Shown: one piece after another, positions 45,583 to 56,500 of the stretch
How positions within the stretch are numbered: position 1 is the first letter of the stretch
Layout of the letters: each line of letters opens with the position of its first letter
Source: Promethearchaeota archaeon
GTDB lineage: Archaea > Asgardarchaeota > Hermodarchaeia > Hermodarchaeales > Hermodarchaeaceae
Length of the DNA stretch: 64,000 nucleotides
Assembly (NCBI GenBank): GCA_048938385.1
Contig: JBHLMG010000001.1
Coordinates: 224,001 to 288,000 of the forward strand
Reading direction: 5' to 3'
The notes under the pieces: generated by a model
The model's database searches: none
Seen by the model: only the letters and a program-made list of their open reading frames with translations
What the model was told of the DNA's origin: nothing
Translations under genes and position numbers: made by a program

Positions 45583-46914
45583 CTATAATATGCCTTGTTG
45601 TTGAAGTTGTGCAATCTCGTCAAACTTCTTCGGAAGGTACTCTTCTGTTACGAAGCTCAATCCATAGCGACTAAACGCCTGCTGTTCGGCTTTCCGACCA
45701 TTTTTCAAGAAGAGGTTTAGTTCCTTTTGCCAAAACTTTGACTGGTATCGCGGGTCCTTAAGGAGGTCTTGAGTACGTTTTTTATCAGTATCAGTGAAGG
45801 GATCGCTAGGAAGTTTGTATTTTAGGATATCTGACGCCCAGACTCCCATCCAGATGGCATCTGGGGTCGCAAGTCCTCGGAGGTGAGCTGCTGAGGCGCT
45901 TCCAGAGATAATCACCATAGCGATGTGTGCTCCCCAGGGATCGGCATCTACAAAAAGATAGGTGGGTAGGTTAAGCTCGTAGCGTAGCCGTCGAATAACT
46001 CGTCGAACGCTTCGAGGGGCTTGCCCCGCAGTATGAATTAAGATGGCGTTCTGGGTCTCATGGACACCATCCTCGACAAACCGTGTGAACATACCTCCGG
46101 ACTCGATAGCAATTACCTTGTCAGCTTTACAATCAATTAACTTTGCTGAAGTCAGGTAGGGTCCAATCATAAGTCCATCGGGGTGGTCAGTAAGGTTGAT
46201 TTGCTTTCCTGCATACTTCTGCGGTGCTGTGTACTCAATTGTCAAATCCCCGTATATTGCTGCGCGCTCCTCTGGAAAAACTCGGAATGATTCACGCGGT
46301 GCCTTGATTTTCGCCTCGACATCAGTAATAATCGTGTCACTTTCACTTTGTTGACCAAATGTTACGCCGTAACCAAATGATTGGTAATAGATATCTCGTA
46401 AAGTACTGGATTTTCTCTCAGCAAGTAGTTGCTTAAGAAATCGCATCACCCATACCATCTGGCTGAAGCTGCGAATTTGCCCCACATTCCGAGTCGATCG
46501 AGTTACAGTCTTGTCTGCAAGCACAAATTGGCCAAGTTCGTCATCAAACTCAATGTTACTAGTACTTCGGCTCGGTAGGACAATTTCAGGAAATTCGCCC
46601 TTAGTAAGGGCTGTATACATCTCTCTACCGACGCCTTGCATCTCGCTGCTTATTTCTTCGCTAGTCTTTTGCTCTTCAATGAAAGTTTTGGGCTCTTTTT
46701 TGATTTGGATTATTCGTTTAGCTTCCGCCTTACCTAAACGCCATTCAAGCTGTCCTCCCCTCTTACGGGTTTCCACTAATCCCTCTTTCTCAAGTTTTTT
46801 GAGATTACGACGAAGAATCGCCGAGTCCATCTTGAGCAGTTGCGTCAGTCGTTTTGTGGTCTTCCACCGGCGAGACAATAAATCCATAATTCGCTCAGGA
46901 GTTATTTCCGACAT
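45583..46914 (-). CDS. top6A: DNA topoisomerase VI subunit A with extra N-terminal winged helix
   Basis: LRDIYY, TOPRIM IESGG and DADPWG, KAEQQA. Confidence 0.95.
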   Translation of the reverse strand: MSEITPERIMDLLSRRWKTTKRLTQLLKMDSAILRRNLKKLEKEGLVETRKRGGQLEWRLGKAEAKRIIQIKKEPKTFIEEQKTSEEISSEMQGVGREMYTALTKGEFPEIVLPSRSTSNIEFDDELGQFVLADKTVTRSTRNVGQIRSFSQMVWVMRFLKQLLAERKSSTLRDIYYQSFGYGVTFGQQSESDTIITDVEAKIKAPRESFRVFPEERAAIYGDLTIEYTAPQKYAGKQINLTDHPDGLMIGPYLTSAKLIDCKADKVIAIESGGMFTRFVEDGVHETQNAILIHTAGQAPRSVRRVIRRLRYELNLPTYLFVDADPWGAHIAMVIISGSASAAHLRGLATPDAIWMGVWASDILKYKLPSDPFTDTDKKRTQDLLKDPRYQSKFWQKELNLFLKNGRKAEQQAFSRYGLSFVTEEYLPKKFDEIAQLQQQGIL

Positions 46915-46917
46915 CGT

Positions 46918-48540
46918 CTAGTCTTCCTCTTCTTCAAATGATTCGTCCGAGTCATCAATTTCAGGTTCATGCTCAGCAAGTATTCCCTCTTCCACTGGAA
47001 GAGGAACTTCCTCTTCCTCAGTTTCTTCTTCTGAAATCTCTATTGTGAGTGCACTTTGGACTAGAGCCTTTATATCAGGAATCTTACGGCGTCCGGCTAA
47101 AGCTGCGACATCTCGGGCTATAATGGGGAGGTACTTCTCATATACGCTGGCTCGTACTCGCTCTCGCTGAACCTTCTCTTTTTGTCGCAAGTGACCTTTC
47201 AAACCGCGAGCGCACTCCATTAACCCCATTCGAATATCATATTCAAGTTCAGCGAGGTCTGCAATGAACTCCTTACCTGCGGTTTTGAAGGGAATTTTTG
47301 TACTTACGACTGCCACAAACGCGGCAATAGGCATGCCAGGACGGATACGGTATCGTGACCAGGGAATGCCCCGAACAATCTTGGCCGATACATCTTTGTA
47401 TTCATCAAAAATTAAGGGAATGCGGTTAGCGAACCGATAGATGATAATTGACTCCTTCATGGGAACGCCTCCGCCATAGGCGAGTCCACATTCGACAATG
47501 AAGGGGTGGCCACCGTAGCTATTAGGTGGACGCTGAGTGACATGGACAAATTCGGGGTTTAAAGTTGTTCGGATACCAAGCTCTAAGAGTTTGGTTCCTA
47601 ATGGAGATAAAACTCGCGCATCGGGCGGGAGCCATTTTTTAAACTCCTGTAGACCTCGGGCGATTTTGACGAGGTCATTAGGTTTCAGGGCACGTGGATC
47701 TTGAGAGTACGGCATATTAATGGATTTCAGGAAAGCTTTACCTGTTTTCGGTCCAACTCGATGAAAATGATTTCGAAGAAAGGTAACCATGTCACGAGTT
47801 TTTGTGTCTTCTACAAGGCGAGAGAGTTGTTCGATATCCATTCCCTTAGGGTGTGGGTTCACCGGAGTAGGTGGTGGCGGAAGGACTTTGACTGATCGTT
47901 TGAACTCGTGGATGGTTCCATCAGGTTCAGTGAACTTAAGGTGGGCATAGGGGGTGATGAGGGCGGTCTGTTCGATATATTCGATGATGTACCGTCGGGC
48001 CAATCGGTAATTTCCTTCGAGAGTAAATTCTAGGGTACACCCATGATTTCCATCACGGTTCTTGCTGCGTTCCCACTTGACAAGTTCAGGCTTGTTTTCT
48101 TCAATATCCTGTCGTAACACGACTTCGAAGATGTGCTCACCATCAATTGGTGCTGAAGTAACATGTAGTGGTTGGCTTGTAGTGATTTGTCCGAAGAGGA
48201 AGGCCATTTTTCCACCCAGCCCGAACCGCCCCCGTGCTTGTTTGTGCTCGTATTTCGATCCGTACAGGATTTGACCGAAGGCTGGCATGATGTGGTCTCG
48301 GGGCACTCCTATTCCGTTATCTTCTACTCGAAGTGTGTACCAGTCATTCGCCACTTCGGTTAGCTTGACATTGATAGTCGGTAGGAATCCCCCATCTTCG
48401 CAGGCATCAAGCGAATTTTCAACGAGTTCACGAACTGCTGTGTAGATCGCGCGCATAGTGTTATCAAAGCCAGCAATGGAACGATTTCGGTAGAAGAAAT
48501 CAGCCGGAGATATTGATTCAAAGCTAACTGCAGTTGTCAT
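46918..48540 (-). CDS. top6B: DNA topoisomerase VI subunit B
   Basis: ELVENSLDA, DNG.G, RGRFGLG, RFANRIPL, acidic tail. Confidence 0.96.
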   Translation of the reverse strand: MTTAVSFESISPADFFYRNRSIAGFDNTMRAIYTAVRELVENSLDACEDGGFLPTINVKLTEVANDWYTLRVEDNGIGVPRDHIMPAFGQILYGSKYEHKQARGRFGLGGKMAFLFGQITTSQPLHVTSAPIDGEHIFEVVLRQDIEENKPELVKWERSKNRDGNHGCTLEFTLEGNYRLARRYIIEYIEQTALITPYAHLKFTEPDGTIHEFKRSVKVLPPPPTPVNPHPKGMDIEQLSRLVEDTKTRDMVTFLRNHFHRVGPKTGKAFLKSINMPYSQDPRALKPNDLVKIARGLQEFKKWLPPDARVLSPLGTKLLELGIRTTLNPEFVHVTQRPPNSYGGHPFIVECGLAYGGGVPMKESIIIYRFANRIPLIFDEYKDVSAKIVRGIPWSRYRIRPGMPIAAFVAVVSTKIPFKTAGKEFIADLAELEYDIRMGLMECARGLKGHLRQKEKVQRERVRASVYEKYLPIIARDVAALAGRRKIPDIKALVQSALTIEISEEETEEEEVPLPVEEGILAEHEPEIDDSDESFEEEED

Positions 48541-48669
48541 ATAAACCGCCTATCTTTCTCGTTCTGTGAAATTCCCCACGCCATCCTTGATGGTGCTGGG
48601 CACATCATAGACATTTAGATGAAGGGTTAAAAAGTATCTGGCTTCCCCCTTCCTCTGGGGTCAAGTTGT

Positions 48670-49206
48670 TCAGGTTTCTTCATCCTCTCTGTGCGGAGCT
48701 AAATAGTCACAAAGCAAGGATGGTACTAAAAATCCGATGATGAGGAGGATGATTGATGTTATTCCAATAGGTGACATGAGGAGTAGAGTAATGAAGCCGA
48801 GGTAGCGAATACTCCCAATGACCTTTGCGCGGATATCTGATTCAGTTCTAAACTCATTATCGTTCACTGGGTTATTATCGCCTTTTGTAAAGAATCGTAG
48901 TTCTCCGGATACATTCTGAATTTCCACGATCCTGTGGACGATTGGTACTTCATTTGGGTCTGATGTTCTATTGTAGATGACGATGTCTCCAACTTGGAGC
49001 GTTGACGGGTCGACGCCTCGTACAACGACGAGATCTCCGCGGTAAAGTACGGGTTCCATAGATCCTGATTCTACTGCCAACATGGGAGTGGGAGTTTGAA
49101 GGTAGACTTGTAGGCCAATTCCTGCACTCCAGACAGCGAATAGCACTACAACGATTACGACGATGTCTTCAACTAGTTCGCGTTGCCAGGATTTGCTGTT
49201 GCTCAA
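48670..49206 (-). CDS. Signal peptidase I (Sec11/SipW type)
   Basis: SGSMEP, GD, IVHR, TKGDNN. Confidence 0.93.
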   Translation of the reverse strand: MSNSKSWQRELVEDIVVIVVVLFAVWSAGIGLQVYLQTPTPMLAVESGSMEPVLYRGDLVVVRGVDPSTLQVGDIVIYNRTSDPNEVPIVHRIVEIQNVSGELRFFTKGDNNPVNDNEFRTESDIRAKVIGSIRYLGFITLLLMSPIGITSIILLIIGFLVPSLLCDYLAPHREDEET

Positions 49207-49336
49207 GTTGGATGCCTCTGCACTTTTCAGGATAGGGGAAAGTATGAGTTCAACTAAAAAAGGGTATGCGTCAGTACATCCTGCAACGCAAGAGATTTAA
49301 TTACGCTCCCAATAACCCTTAGCGTGGTGCTATAAA

Positions 49337-50089
49337 TTGCAGTTTCCAAGCCAAGTGCTTCAAGGGAAGTTAGATGAGGTTGTCCATCAAGCTTTTCTTC
49401 GCTATGGTAAAGGCGAATACAGTGGTCCTGCTGCTGAAATTAGCCTCACAAAGACAGGTAATGTTAAGGTTCGCTCGACTTATCTCTATCAAGAGCTAGT
49501 TGCATCTGTTTTTCTCCAAGAGGTTCCTTTAGAAACCCTAGCTGTCTCAGGTGTTGTACTCGGTAGCGATCAACTCGACGAAGAGCTCAATGCGTTGGAC
49601 ATCGAACCTGGACCGTTGAGAAAGGTTCGCCAGGCGAAGGGCTATACCAGCAAAATCGCTGGGAACTATTCCAAGGATCAATTAATTTCTCTCTACGAGC
49701 AAATTGGATCAACTGGGTATGTTCTCTGCAATTTGACTGCAAGCAAAGATTGGAGTCACAAGGCGAAAACCAAAATTCCTGATCCCCGAAGTACAGCAAC
49801 AATAGATGAACAGATGAAGTTTAGTACAACCCGAGTACCTGCAAAAACGAATTTCACTGAGATCTTATTAGAGGAACTCGTTCCTGATTTTCAATCTGAA
49901 TTTCCTCAGAATTATGCAGTGGTAAAAATACAGAATGTGTTTAACATCAAGGGGTTCATTTTTCCACCTGATAAAGACACTCTTTCTTCAAAGGAACTCC
50001 GATTAAAGACAAAGCGTGAACTAGAAATTCGTCGCTCCCTGTTCGTTGATAACGCTGAGTTTACCCGCGCCCACAATGTGATTGTATAA
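49337..50089 (+). CDS. Conserved archaeal hypothetical protein
   Basis: 250-aa ORF; N-terminal DE.VH..F.RYGKGEY pattern recalled from other uncultured archaea. Confidence 0.65.
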   Translation: MQFPSQVLQGKLDEVVHQAFLRYGKGEYSGPAAEISLTKTGNVKVRSTYLYQELVASVFLQEVPLETLAVSGVVLGSDQLDEELNALDIEPGPLRKVRQAKGYTSKIAGNYSKDQLISLYEQIGSTGYVLCNLTASKDWSHKAKTKIPDPRSTATIDEQMKFSTTRVPAKTNFTEILLEELVPDFQSEFPQNYAVVKIQNVFNIKGFIFPPDKDTLSSKELRLKTKRELEIRRSLFVDNAEFTRAHNVIV

Positions 50090-50178
50090 AATTCCTTCTG
50101 CGATGTAATTTCACTCCAACCAAAAATAATTAAAAAGGTAGAGCTGTTCACTCACCCCACAACTCAATTGGTGTTTGA

Positions 50179-50385
50179 TTGATGCAATTTGCTCCATTCC
50201 TCCCCTGGTATCCCATATTTGGTGGTCTTCTCATCGCTTTAGCCATTCTCCTGGGTTGCTGGCTAGTCTATATCGTTGAAAAGACGCGTCGACTTCCTTG
50301 GATGAAATTAATCCTGCTGATTTTCCTCATTGCCCTCTCAAGTAGCTTTGGCATCCACTTGCTTCTTTACGGATTCGCCTTGTAA
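50179..50385 (+). CDS. Small 2-TM membrane protein
   Basis: Two hydrophobic segments flanking EKTRR. Confidence 0.55.
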   Translation: MMQFAPFLPWYPIFGGLLIALAILLGCWLVYIVEKTRRLPWMKLILLIFLIALSSSFGIHLLLYGFAL

Positions 50386-50425
50386 CTCTCGTTTGAACTA
50401 ACCAGGTGTGAGCTGCCCTTCCATA

Positions 50426-51652
50426 CTAAAAGAGGCGTGCCTTTTTGTCTAGGATCAACTGTTGTATAGAGCATACATCCTCAAGTTCCGCATCTAAGAT
50501 AGAGGTTACATTTGCTTGGACATCGTTCCAGGATGAGTTGGCGTTTGGAATTATTTCAGCAGAGGCAATTAAAGGCTCATCGATTGGATACCCGATGCGA
50601 GTCAGGATTTTAACATAAGCCTCTAACACTCTGGATTCTTCTTTGACAATACGGTCTGCTGCTCGTTGAGCAAGCACATTGTAGATTTTACCCACATGAT
50701 TTTGTGGATTCTTTCCTGCTGCAGCTTCGAGGCTCATTGGGCGACATGGAGTAATGAGGCCATTTACACGATTTCCACGACCTACCCCTGCATCATCGCC
50801 CATTTCAGCTGAGGTGCCCGTTATTGTTAGATAGTAAGATCCTCTCTGTGGATCATCTGCTGAGTTTACGACAACGCTTACTTCGCGTTCAGTTATTTTC
50901 TTGGCTTGATCGAGGACTGCACTAGATACCTCTTTGAGTACTCCGTTATAGTGGTCAGCATCCGGGATATAGGGGGCAATCATGGCTGCCGCTACTGTGA
51001 GTTTAATCTCATTGTCTGTACGCAAACCCATTACCTTAACATCCTCACCGACTTCTGGGTGTTTCCTCTTGAATGCGTCAGAATTCAGAAGCTGTTCAGT
51101 TTGAAAAACAAGTTCCTCAGTTTCAGATAAGGGAGCAAATCCTACACCAAAACTCGTATCGTTTGCTCTCGGAACATCATCAATAACTCGATCAAAAACA
51201 TGGGCTAGATCCGCTGATCCCGGCTTAATCCTATAATCCATCATCATGTGTTCGGTGGGGTCCAAAAATCGAAGCGTCTTTTTAATGGTCTTTTTGATGG
51301 ATTGTAGTGTTAGAGTGCCTATGGGTATGCGAACAAAATCACCGTTCTTAAACACTTCAGTGGTTGCACGCCCCACAACGCAAAGGTAGATTGGTTCTAA
51401 GAGGTCTCCCCCACCAAAATCAACTTGCGCTCTCCCACCTGCAATGGACCCTTTATCGACGTTGTGATGAAGAATTCGTCCAAAATTATCAATATAATAG
51501 TTACAGAGAGTCACCCCGACATCTTCCACAACAGCATCTAAGATAGTATCTGGATGGCCTTTTCCTTTCCGTTCCACTATTTCGAGATGCTGCTGTTCTA
51601 TGGGTAACGCTTGAGTTCTTGCCACGGCAATATTTCGTGTCATTGTAGTCAA
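50426..51652 (-). CDS. mat: Archaeal-type S-adenosylmethionine synthetase
   Basis: [43 protein letters not shown]. Confidence 0.95.
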   Translation of the reverse strand: MTTMTRNIAVARTQALPIEQQHLEIVERKGKGHPDTILDAVVEDVGVTLCNYYIDNFGRILHHNVDKGSIAGGRAQVDFGGGDLLEPIYLCVVGRATTEVFKNGDFVRIPIGTLTLQSIKKTIKKTLRFLDPTEHMMMDYRIKPGSADLAHVFDRVIDDVPRANDTSFGVGFAPLSETEELVFQTEQLLNSDAFKRKHPEVGEDVKVMGLRTDNEIKLTVAAAMIAPYIPDADHYNGVLKEVSSAVLDQAKKITEREVSVVVNSADDPQRGSYYLTITGTSAEMGDDAGVGRGNRVNGLITPCRPMSLEAAAGKNPQNHVGKIYNVLAQRAADRIVKEESRVLEAYVKILTRIGYPIDEPLIASAEIIPNANSSWNDVQANVTSILDAELEDVCSIQQLILDKKARLF

Positions 51653-51709
51653 CCCGTTTTGGTCGGCTTGGATACTTTGTTTTTAAAAATTTCCACTGTG
51701 TATCATGAA

Positions 51710-51728
51710 ATATTCGTCAGACGAATAT
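51710..51728. promoter_or_regulatory. Perfect inverted repeat in divergent mat intergenic region
   Basis: ATATTCGTC-A-GACGAATAT. Confidence 0.4.
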
Positions 51729-51841
51729 CCGCTTTGAGCCTAGCGCCATAACACTTAAGCCAGTCTACACCTACTTTGTATCTACCTCGTGGCTACTTTG
51801 CGGTTAGTGACATTTCCATTAGTGGCGAGGAGTGACAGGGT

Positions 51842-53059
51842 ATGAGCCATCTTATTGATGAAGATGAGATAAGACGGTTGAGTCGTCGTATTGCGGAAGA
51901 ATTTGAGTCAACTTATGGCACTCTCGATGAGAAAGTCGCTCGGGTTTCCGATGACGCCGCGGCAGCAATAGCGGATGAATGTAGCGTACATCTAGAAGTT
52001 GCTCGGGTTGCGTATCGAGTCATGCTAGATGGTATTATTCCGGATCCACAGCCTTCTTGTAAAATTTTAATGCGCGAATTTGACCGCCGCACCGATTTTG
52101 GAAGTCCGGTTCCTGAAATTGACACGTATATGCGGGAAGTAGCGATAACTGAAGGAAAATGGATTGAATACCTCTATGGGCAATTAGGGAAGATCCTTCT
52201 GGCTGATCTTCGAGATCTTGTTAATCTGGAACGAACCATCGCAGATGAAATCGAACCTGCAAATGAACAGGTAATCGCAGTCCTTGCTCAACGACGAAAA
52301 ATCGTTGAAGCCTACTTTAATTCACTAATTCAACGTTGGTTAGACGATCATCGCGGGGCTCATATTGGACAGGCGATTCACACTATTACAGGGGGATTAA
52401 TCGGTTCCTTTGAGTCAGACCTCAGCGATGCAGTCAATGGCGCTCGAGCTTCTCTTTTAATTAAACTTCGAAGATATGAAGAATTTCTCAGCCGTGAGGA
52501 TGAAGAAGAGGAGGAATCCCGATTAACCAGCAAAATTCTCAAAGAAATTCGGTTGCTCATTAAAGAAGTACAAGACCCTCTCAATGAAGTGTCTGTGAAA
52601 ACTGCTGGTGAGATTCTAATTGAACTCTCACCACCACCACCCGAATCTATTGATGGGAAACCAAAATTTGGCTTTGTTACCGCACCCTTTCCTGCTAAAC
52701 CACGAATTGGTCCCCCAATGCAAACGCCCCTTGATTATCTTGAGCTTGATGTTAGGTTGGCTTCGATGAAAGCCCCCAATGAAAGAGCACCATTTCTCAG
52801 AGAGAAAATTTCATCAGTAACCAATAATTTAATTGAACAAGGGACCCCCTTGGATAAAATAGGAACAACAATTATCTTTGACTTAGATAGTCGCTTCCCT
52901 TGGACACGATCAAAGAAAACAGAGATCCGTAGAGAACTACGCGAAATCCGGGATTTTGCGGGTGAAGACTATCGTGAGCAAGTTGAAAATTATGTTCTTG
53001 AAAATATATTGTCAAAAATTCCTGAACTTCGTTCAAAACACAATCCCACTGAAAAATAA
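51842..53059 (+). CDS. Hypothetical helical protein
   Basis: 405-aa ORF with GAGGAGTG upstream; no motif recognised. Confidence 0.75.
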   Translation: MSHLIDEDEIRRLSRRIAEEFESTYGTLDEKVARVSDDAAAAIADECSVHLEVARVAYRVMLDGIIPDPQPSCKILMREFDRRTDFGSPVPEIDTYMREVAITEGKWIEYLYGQLGKILLADLRDLVNLERTIADEIEPANEQVIAVLAQRRKIVEAYFNSLIQRWLDDHRGAHIGQAIHTITGGLIGSFESDLSDAVNGARASLLIKLRRYEEFLSREDEEEEESRLTSKILKEIRLLIKEVQDPLNEVSVKTAGEILIELSPPPPESIDGKPKFGFVTAPFPAKPRIGPPMQTPLDYLELDVRLASMKAPNERAPFLREKISSVTNNLIEQGTPLDKIGTTIIFDLDSRFPWTRSKKTEIRRELREIRDFAGEDYREQVENYVLENILSKIPELRSKHNPTEK

Positions 53060-53080
53060 CTAAATTCGCGAGGTATTACG

Positions 53081-53851
53081 ATGATTGAGCAAAACCCACC
53101 CCTGCTTTGGGTTTTAGATTATGTAATTCAAGACTTTCGCATACTCGGTGAAAAAATCACCTTAAGCGGTGAATTACTCATCGCCTCTCGGCAACTGTTT
53201 AGTTTTCTTCGAGAAGAAATCGTCCGCTCTGCACTAATCGGTCCTGGAGTAATCAAAGGGCAAGTTTCGATTAAAGGAAAACCAGTTGATGTGGAATACC
53301 TTGTTGGAGCAGTGATCTTTGATCCCACACAGATGCGCCCTCGTGAGCCGGTCCCAGTGCTGGACATACTTAACCCTGAAATCTTAGATCCCGTGGAGCA
53401 AGCAACAGAGGAGCAAGTTCAAGAAATTGTTCGAACCCTAGTCATAAAGAAGGGTTCTGTAGCCAATTCCGGACAAATTCTTACCGTAGCACCAGAAGGA
53501 GATTTACCCCGAACACTACTCACAGAAGAACACTTGATCGCTAAGAACATCGCGTTCATCTCCGGCTTGAAAAAAGCGCGGTTTCTTCTTGGTGGACAGA
53601 AGAGTCGACTTTATGCTCCCTTTAAAGAGGGATTACAAAGGAATCGGTTCAGCGACCCAAGCAGGATTTGGACATTTCGGATTGATGAGCAGAGGTTTGA
53701 TGCCTTTGATCCTGCAAAGTTCAACGAATGGACTATCATTGAGATGCAAACCGATCCCAGCAAGTCATCTAGCTCCCCTGAGGTGGTGGAATCAGAGTTT
53801 AATTCAATCCTCACCTATTTGCTGGGTAACCTAGAGTATTTTATCTTCTAG
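53081..53851 (+). CDS. Hypothetical protein
   Basis: 256-aa ORF, GAGGT upstream, co-oriented with the previous gene. Confidence 0.75.
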   Translation: MIEQNPPLLWVLDYVIQDFRILGEKITLSGELLIASRQLFSFLREEIVRSALIGPGVIKGQVSIKGKPVDVEYLVGAVIFDPTQMRPREPVPVLDILNPEILDPVEQATEEQVQEIVRTLVIKKGSVANSGQILTVAPEGDLPRTLLTEEHLIAKNIAFISGLKKARFLLGGQKSRLYAPFKEGLQRNRFSDPSRIWTFRIDEQRFDAFDPAKFNEWTIIEMQTDPSKSSSSPEVVESEFNSILTYLLGNLEYFIF

Positions 53852-56427
53852 CTGGATTCTCCCTGATGGGGATTCTCAATACCCTCAATAGCCTTTAGGG
53901 CACTTTCTGCTAGTTCGTACCGACCAATTACTTCAGCGACGCGTTGAATGCCTTGAAGTATATGTACCTGGTTATCGAGAAAACCAAAAATGTCGCCTGG
54001 GTAGATAAACAACTCATATTCTTTGAGAAAAGCAGAGTTTATCTGCGAGGGTACATGACCTCGATACCGCATATTTAAGATTGTTTTTGATACATTCCAA
54101 GTACCACAATCACAAAATGGGTTCTCCTCACATCGACAGTTAAAAAAGTCTACCGTCCACTTGCTGAATATCTTCAGGGCCCATGGCGGTAACCGTTTTA
54201 GTCGTCTACTCCGTTTGGCGCTCATTAAGTCTAAGACGGCTCCTGCGAAGAGTCTTGTGGCAAAGCGGGTTCGTAGAGAGCGTTCAATTTCGCTTTGGAG
54301 TCGAGGTGATAGGTACACATTTTGGATCGGTTCGAGTCGCACCGAAAGATCATCTGCATTTTCGTAGGGATATTCCTGAATAGCTGCAACATTTGATGCC
54401 GAGAAGAATGATAAGGCTGCAGCCCGTCCTAATTCTGTAGCTGTTATGTCTTCTCTACTTTGTGAGGCAAGGTGATGGTGCTTCAAGAAACCAAGCCCTT
54501 CTTTAAAGGTGATTGTTCGGGAAAGCAATTGATTATACGCTTTCTCAAGCTGCCCCCTTGTAATCGTGTCAAAACAGGAAAGGGTTGCTAAAAGTTGATT
54601 TACTGATTGTTCAAAGGTAGCCTCAGGTTGGACGGCTTCGATAGGGTTATTTAACAGATCTAAAGCCACTTCTTCCTCCGTTTTAGGCTCATCACCGAAA
54701 TATCGACGACCAATTTCAGCTAACAACACGGCTTTACCGACATCATGTTTTCCCAATCGTCCCGCTCGACCTAGCATTTGGGTGAATTCGCCAACACTGA
54801 GGGTTTTGGTTCCCATCATTAGTGTCTGAAAAATTACAGTACTCGCTGGAAAATCAACCCCCGCAGCTAATGCAGCAGTTGTAACGACCACAGCGATTTT
54901 TCCTTCTCCAAAAGCTTCCTCAATCTTGTGTCGTTGAGGATATGTCATGCCAGCATGGTATGCACGGGCAGCAATCCCCTGGTTCTCAAGTTCCTTTGCA
55001 ATTGTATGGGTATTCCGTCGTGAATTAGTAAAAACAATAGTTTGACCGCGGAAGCCATAGGAGCTTTTCTGTTGAAATTCTGCCTTACTGATATCTGCGA
55101 TAATACGTAGCTTATCAACTTCGGTAAGTACCATGATTAAATGGCGTTGTAAAGGGACTGGTCTCCCACGGAGTATAACAGGAGTTAACACGAGATCTTG
55201 GGCAAGTTCCTCTGGGTTACCTACCGTGGCTGAAAGGGCAACTAATTGCGCTTTGGGAAAGAGTGTACGAAGGCGAGTGATTAATCCATCTAGCTCAGCT
55301 CCTCGATCCTCATCCGCCACCATCTGTACTTCGTCGATGACGACAACACCTACATCTCCAAACTTCATTGCTTTACCTGAACGGAGGAGGTAATCGAAAC
55401 CCTCGTAACTGGCTACAATGATGTTTGCATCAACTACATCATCATCAACAATAACTAACGCTTCCTCTCCGACATCGATGGAGCTCATTCCAACGCGAAT
55501 GGCAACTCGTAGTCCTAGGGGTTCGAATTTGTCCCGATACTCGTGGTACTTTTGGTTCGCTAAAGCTACAAGTGGTGAGAGGTAGATGTAAGTCTTGCCT
55601 TCCATGGCGGCTCTAAATCCTGTTAGTTCACCGATGAGTGATTTCCCACTGGTCGTATCCGATATAGCTAGGATAGATTCTCCTTCTAATAATCCGGCTT
55701 TCAAAGCCTTTGCCTGAATAGGGAGTAGGAATTCAATTCCGTGGGAATTCAGAACCTGTGTAATTTCTGAAGGAATAGGTAGTGTATTAATTGGTGTTTT
55801 CTCTTCAGGTTCTTTCACGGCATAAACTTGATCGTATAAGGTCATGGCAGGGTTTTGACTAGGACGAAATTGGGAGGAGAGGAATGAAGCCACCTTTTCG
55901 ACAGATCGTAATCGATGTAGCATCGTTTCTAAACTACGGTGAGTAGACTTTGATAGCTCAACATCCATTGACCGTAATCGATGGGTTAGCTCTCGGGATG
56001 CACATTGGTAACAGACGGGTTGTCCCTCTAGTTTGAAGACCTGTTGGCGACGTAACATGGTTAACCTCTCGTCTCCGATACATGAACTGCAAGCCCGAAC
56101 AATAACAGGATCTTTTACACCAAAATCTCGGAGCATCCCCTTTAGGTCCGTAAGGAAAGGAAACCGCGGATTTCGTGGGATTACAATGTTTTCAGCATCT
56201 CGAACCCAATTTATGAATGTTCGTGGATCTATGGGGCGTACTCCTCCCTTTCTTAATAACAATAATTTGGAAGGCCGTAAGCGTCCTTGTTTCATCTGGA
56301 ACTGAACCCGCGCGCGTATTATGGGTATTGTTGGTCGATTAGGACGAAATACAATGCAATGGGCTTCTAACTCTTGCTTCTTTTCCGGAAAGAGTGCTAA
56401 ACCAAATGGGGGTTTTATGGGTCGCAT
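53848..56427 (-). CDS. Archaeal SF2 (Ski2-like) helicase, DUF5814-type
   Basis: LLPIQ, TTSGKS, PLVALANQK, DEVQ, SAT, YHAG, QMLGRAGR, Cys clusters, YPGD. Confidence 0.9.
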   Translation of the reverse strand: MRPIKPPFGLALFPEKKQELEAHCIVFRPNRPTIPIIRARVQFQMKQGRLRPSKLLLLRKGGVRPIDPRTFINWVRDAENIVIPRNPRFPFLTDLKGMLRDFGVKDPVIVRACSSCIGDERLTMLRRQQVFKLEGQPVCYQCASRELTHRLRSMDVELSKSTHRSLETMLHRLRSVEKVASFLSSQFRPSQNPAMTLYDQVYAVKEPEEKTPINTLPIPSEITQVLNSHGIEFLLPIQAKALKAGLLEGESILAISDTTSGKSLIGELTGFRAAMEGKTYIYLSPLVALANQKYHEYRDKFEPLGLRVAIRVGMSSIDVGEEALVIVDDDVVDANIIVASYEGFDYLLRSGKAMKFGDVGVVVIDEVQMVADEDRGAELDGLITRLRTLFPKAQLVALSATVGNPEELAQDLVLTPVILRGRPVPLQRHLIMVLTEVDKLRIIADISKAEFQQKSSYGFRGQTIVFTNSRRNTHTIAKELENQGIAARAYHAGMTYPQRHKIEEAFGEGKIAVVVTTAALAAGVDFPASTVIFQTLMMGTKTLSVGEFTQMLGRAGRLGKHDVGKAVLLAEIGRRYFGDEPKTEEEVALDLLNNPIEAVQPEATFEQSVNQLLATLSCFDTITRGQLEKAYNQLLSRTITFKEGLGFLKHHHLASQSREDITATELGRAAALSFFSASNVAAIQEYPYENADDLSVRLEPIQNVYLSPRLQSEIERSLRTRFATRLFAGAVLDLMSAKRSRRLKRLPPWALKIFSKWTVDFFNCRCEENPFCDCGTWNVSKTILNMRYRGHVPSQINSAFLKEYELFIYPGDIFGFLDNQVHILQGIQRVAEVIGRYELAESALKAIEGIENPHQGESS

Positions 56428-56500
56428 TTCTTTACACTATATGATTCAGCTTTTGCAACGAGCATCTGGCAAGGCTTATTAGTCTTCTCTTATAGTAAGG

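Noticed and set aside
46720-46914. Z-alpha (Z-DNA binding) identity of the Top6A extension
   Set aside because: It has the wing Trp but lacks the Asn/Tyr recognition-helix residues
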